Positions 63,569 through 64,000 of a stretch of 64,000 bases of DNA are shown one piece after another (the stretch's first letter is position 1; each line of letters opens with the position of its first letter). Made by a program: the position numbers and the translations under genes. The notes under the pieces are model-generated. The model ran no database searches. It had not been told where the DNA came from and saw nothing but the letters and a program-made list of their open reading frames with translations. Source of the DNA: Octopus vulgaris (Eukaryota); assembly GCA_951406725.2 (NCBI GenBank), contig OX597815.1, forward strand, positions 181,722,001 to 181,786,000, written 5' to 3'.

Positions 63569-64000
63569 GAGGTGTTATTTATGTATGTGTTGATAGATAA
63601 CGCTGGCATCGTTTGTTAATTTGTTCTGGAAATCAGATAGAACTTTGTTACTTTTGTGTAATAATGAAAAAAAAAATGGTATTTTCCTTTCTATTCAGTA
63701 TTGTTGCTTTAATACAACAGGCTCTCAGAATATCCAGGGATTTTGTACTGAATGCTCGTAGAGTTTTCCAGGAATTGCTGTCATATCCTAATGTTTTTCA
63801 TGTCAAAAGAAAAATATTTCTCATCATTTGTGCTAGAATAAAACACATTAACTCACTCGGCTAAACAATAATGAGTTTTCTTAATGTAATTTTACTAATG
63901 TTGACAATTTTTTGTTTTTGGTTTTTGCTTCACTGCAAAAAAAAAAAAAGAAATAATGCATCAGTGTATAGCAAAGAAAAGGATTGTCTGACAAGGTTGC

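Noticed and set aside
63613-63864. 83-aa ORF after a plus-strand acceptor-like tract
   Set aside because: No partner exons or motif; unsupported.

Overview
Eukaryotic, AT-rich, repeat-dominated non-coding DNA; the SINE/LINE repertoire looks like a coleoid cephalopod (Octopus-like; inference). There is no intact long protein-coding gene. Most track ORFs are microsatellite or SINE read-throughs. Real coding remnants are an R4/Dong-type LINE endonuclease (453-843, -), RTE LINE C-termini (52990-53130; 61771-62241) and a decayed hAT-like transposase (about 39.6-41.4 kb). One well-bounded 48-nt minus-strand exon candidate (45354-45401, possible start MAACLLVSQ) suggests the window is largely intronic. 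An 11.2 kb block is duplicated on both sides of a 100-N gap, probably as an uncollapsed haplotype. The most notable signal is a set of minimal type I hammerhead-ribozyme motifs of the Penelope-like kind, in several unrelated sequence families. Many sit in long inverted repeats next to (TA)n tracts. One family is fused behind a tRNA-derived Pol III head, giving a ribozyme-carrying SINE (50.5-51.1 kb, also 46.6 and 48.1 kb). Coordinates were read by eye and may be off by a few bases.
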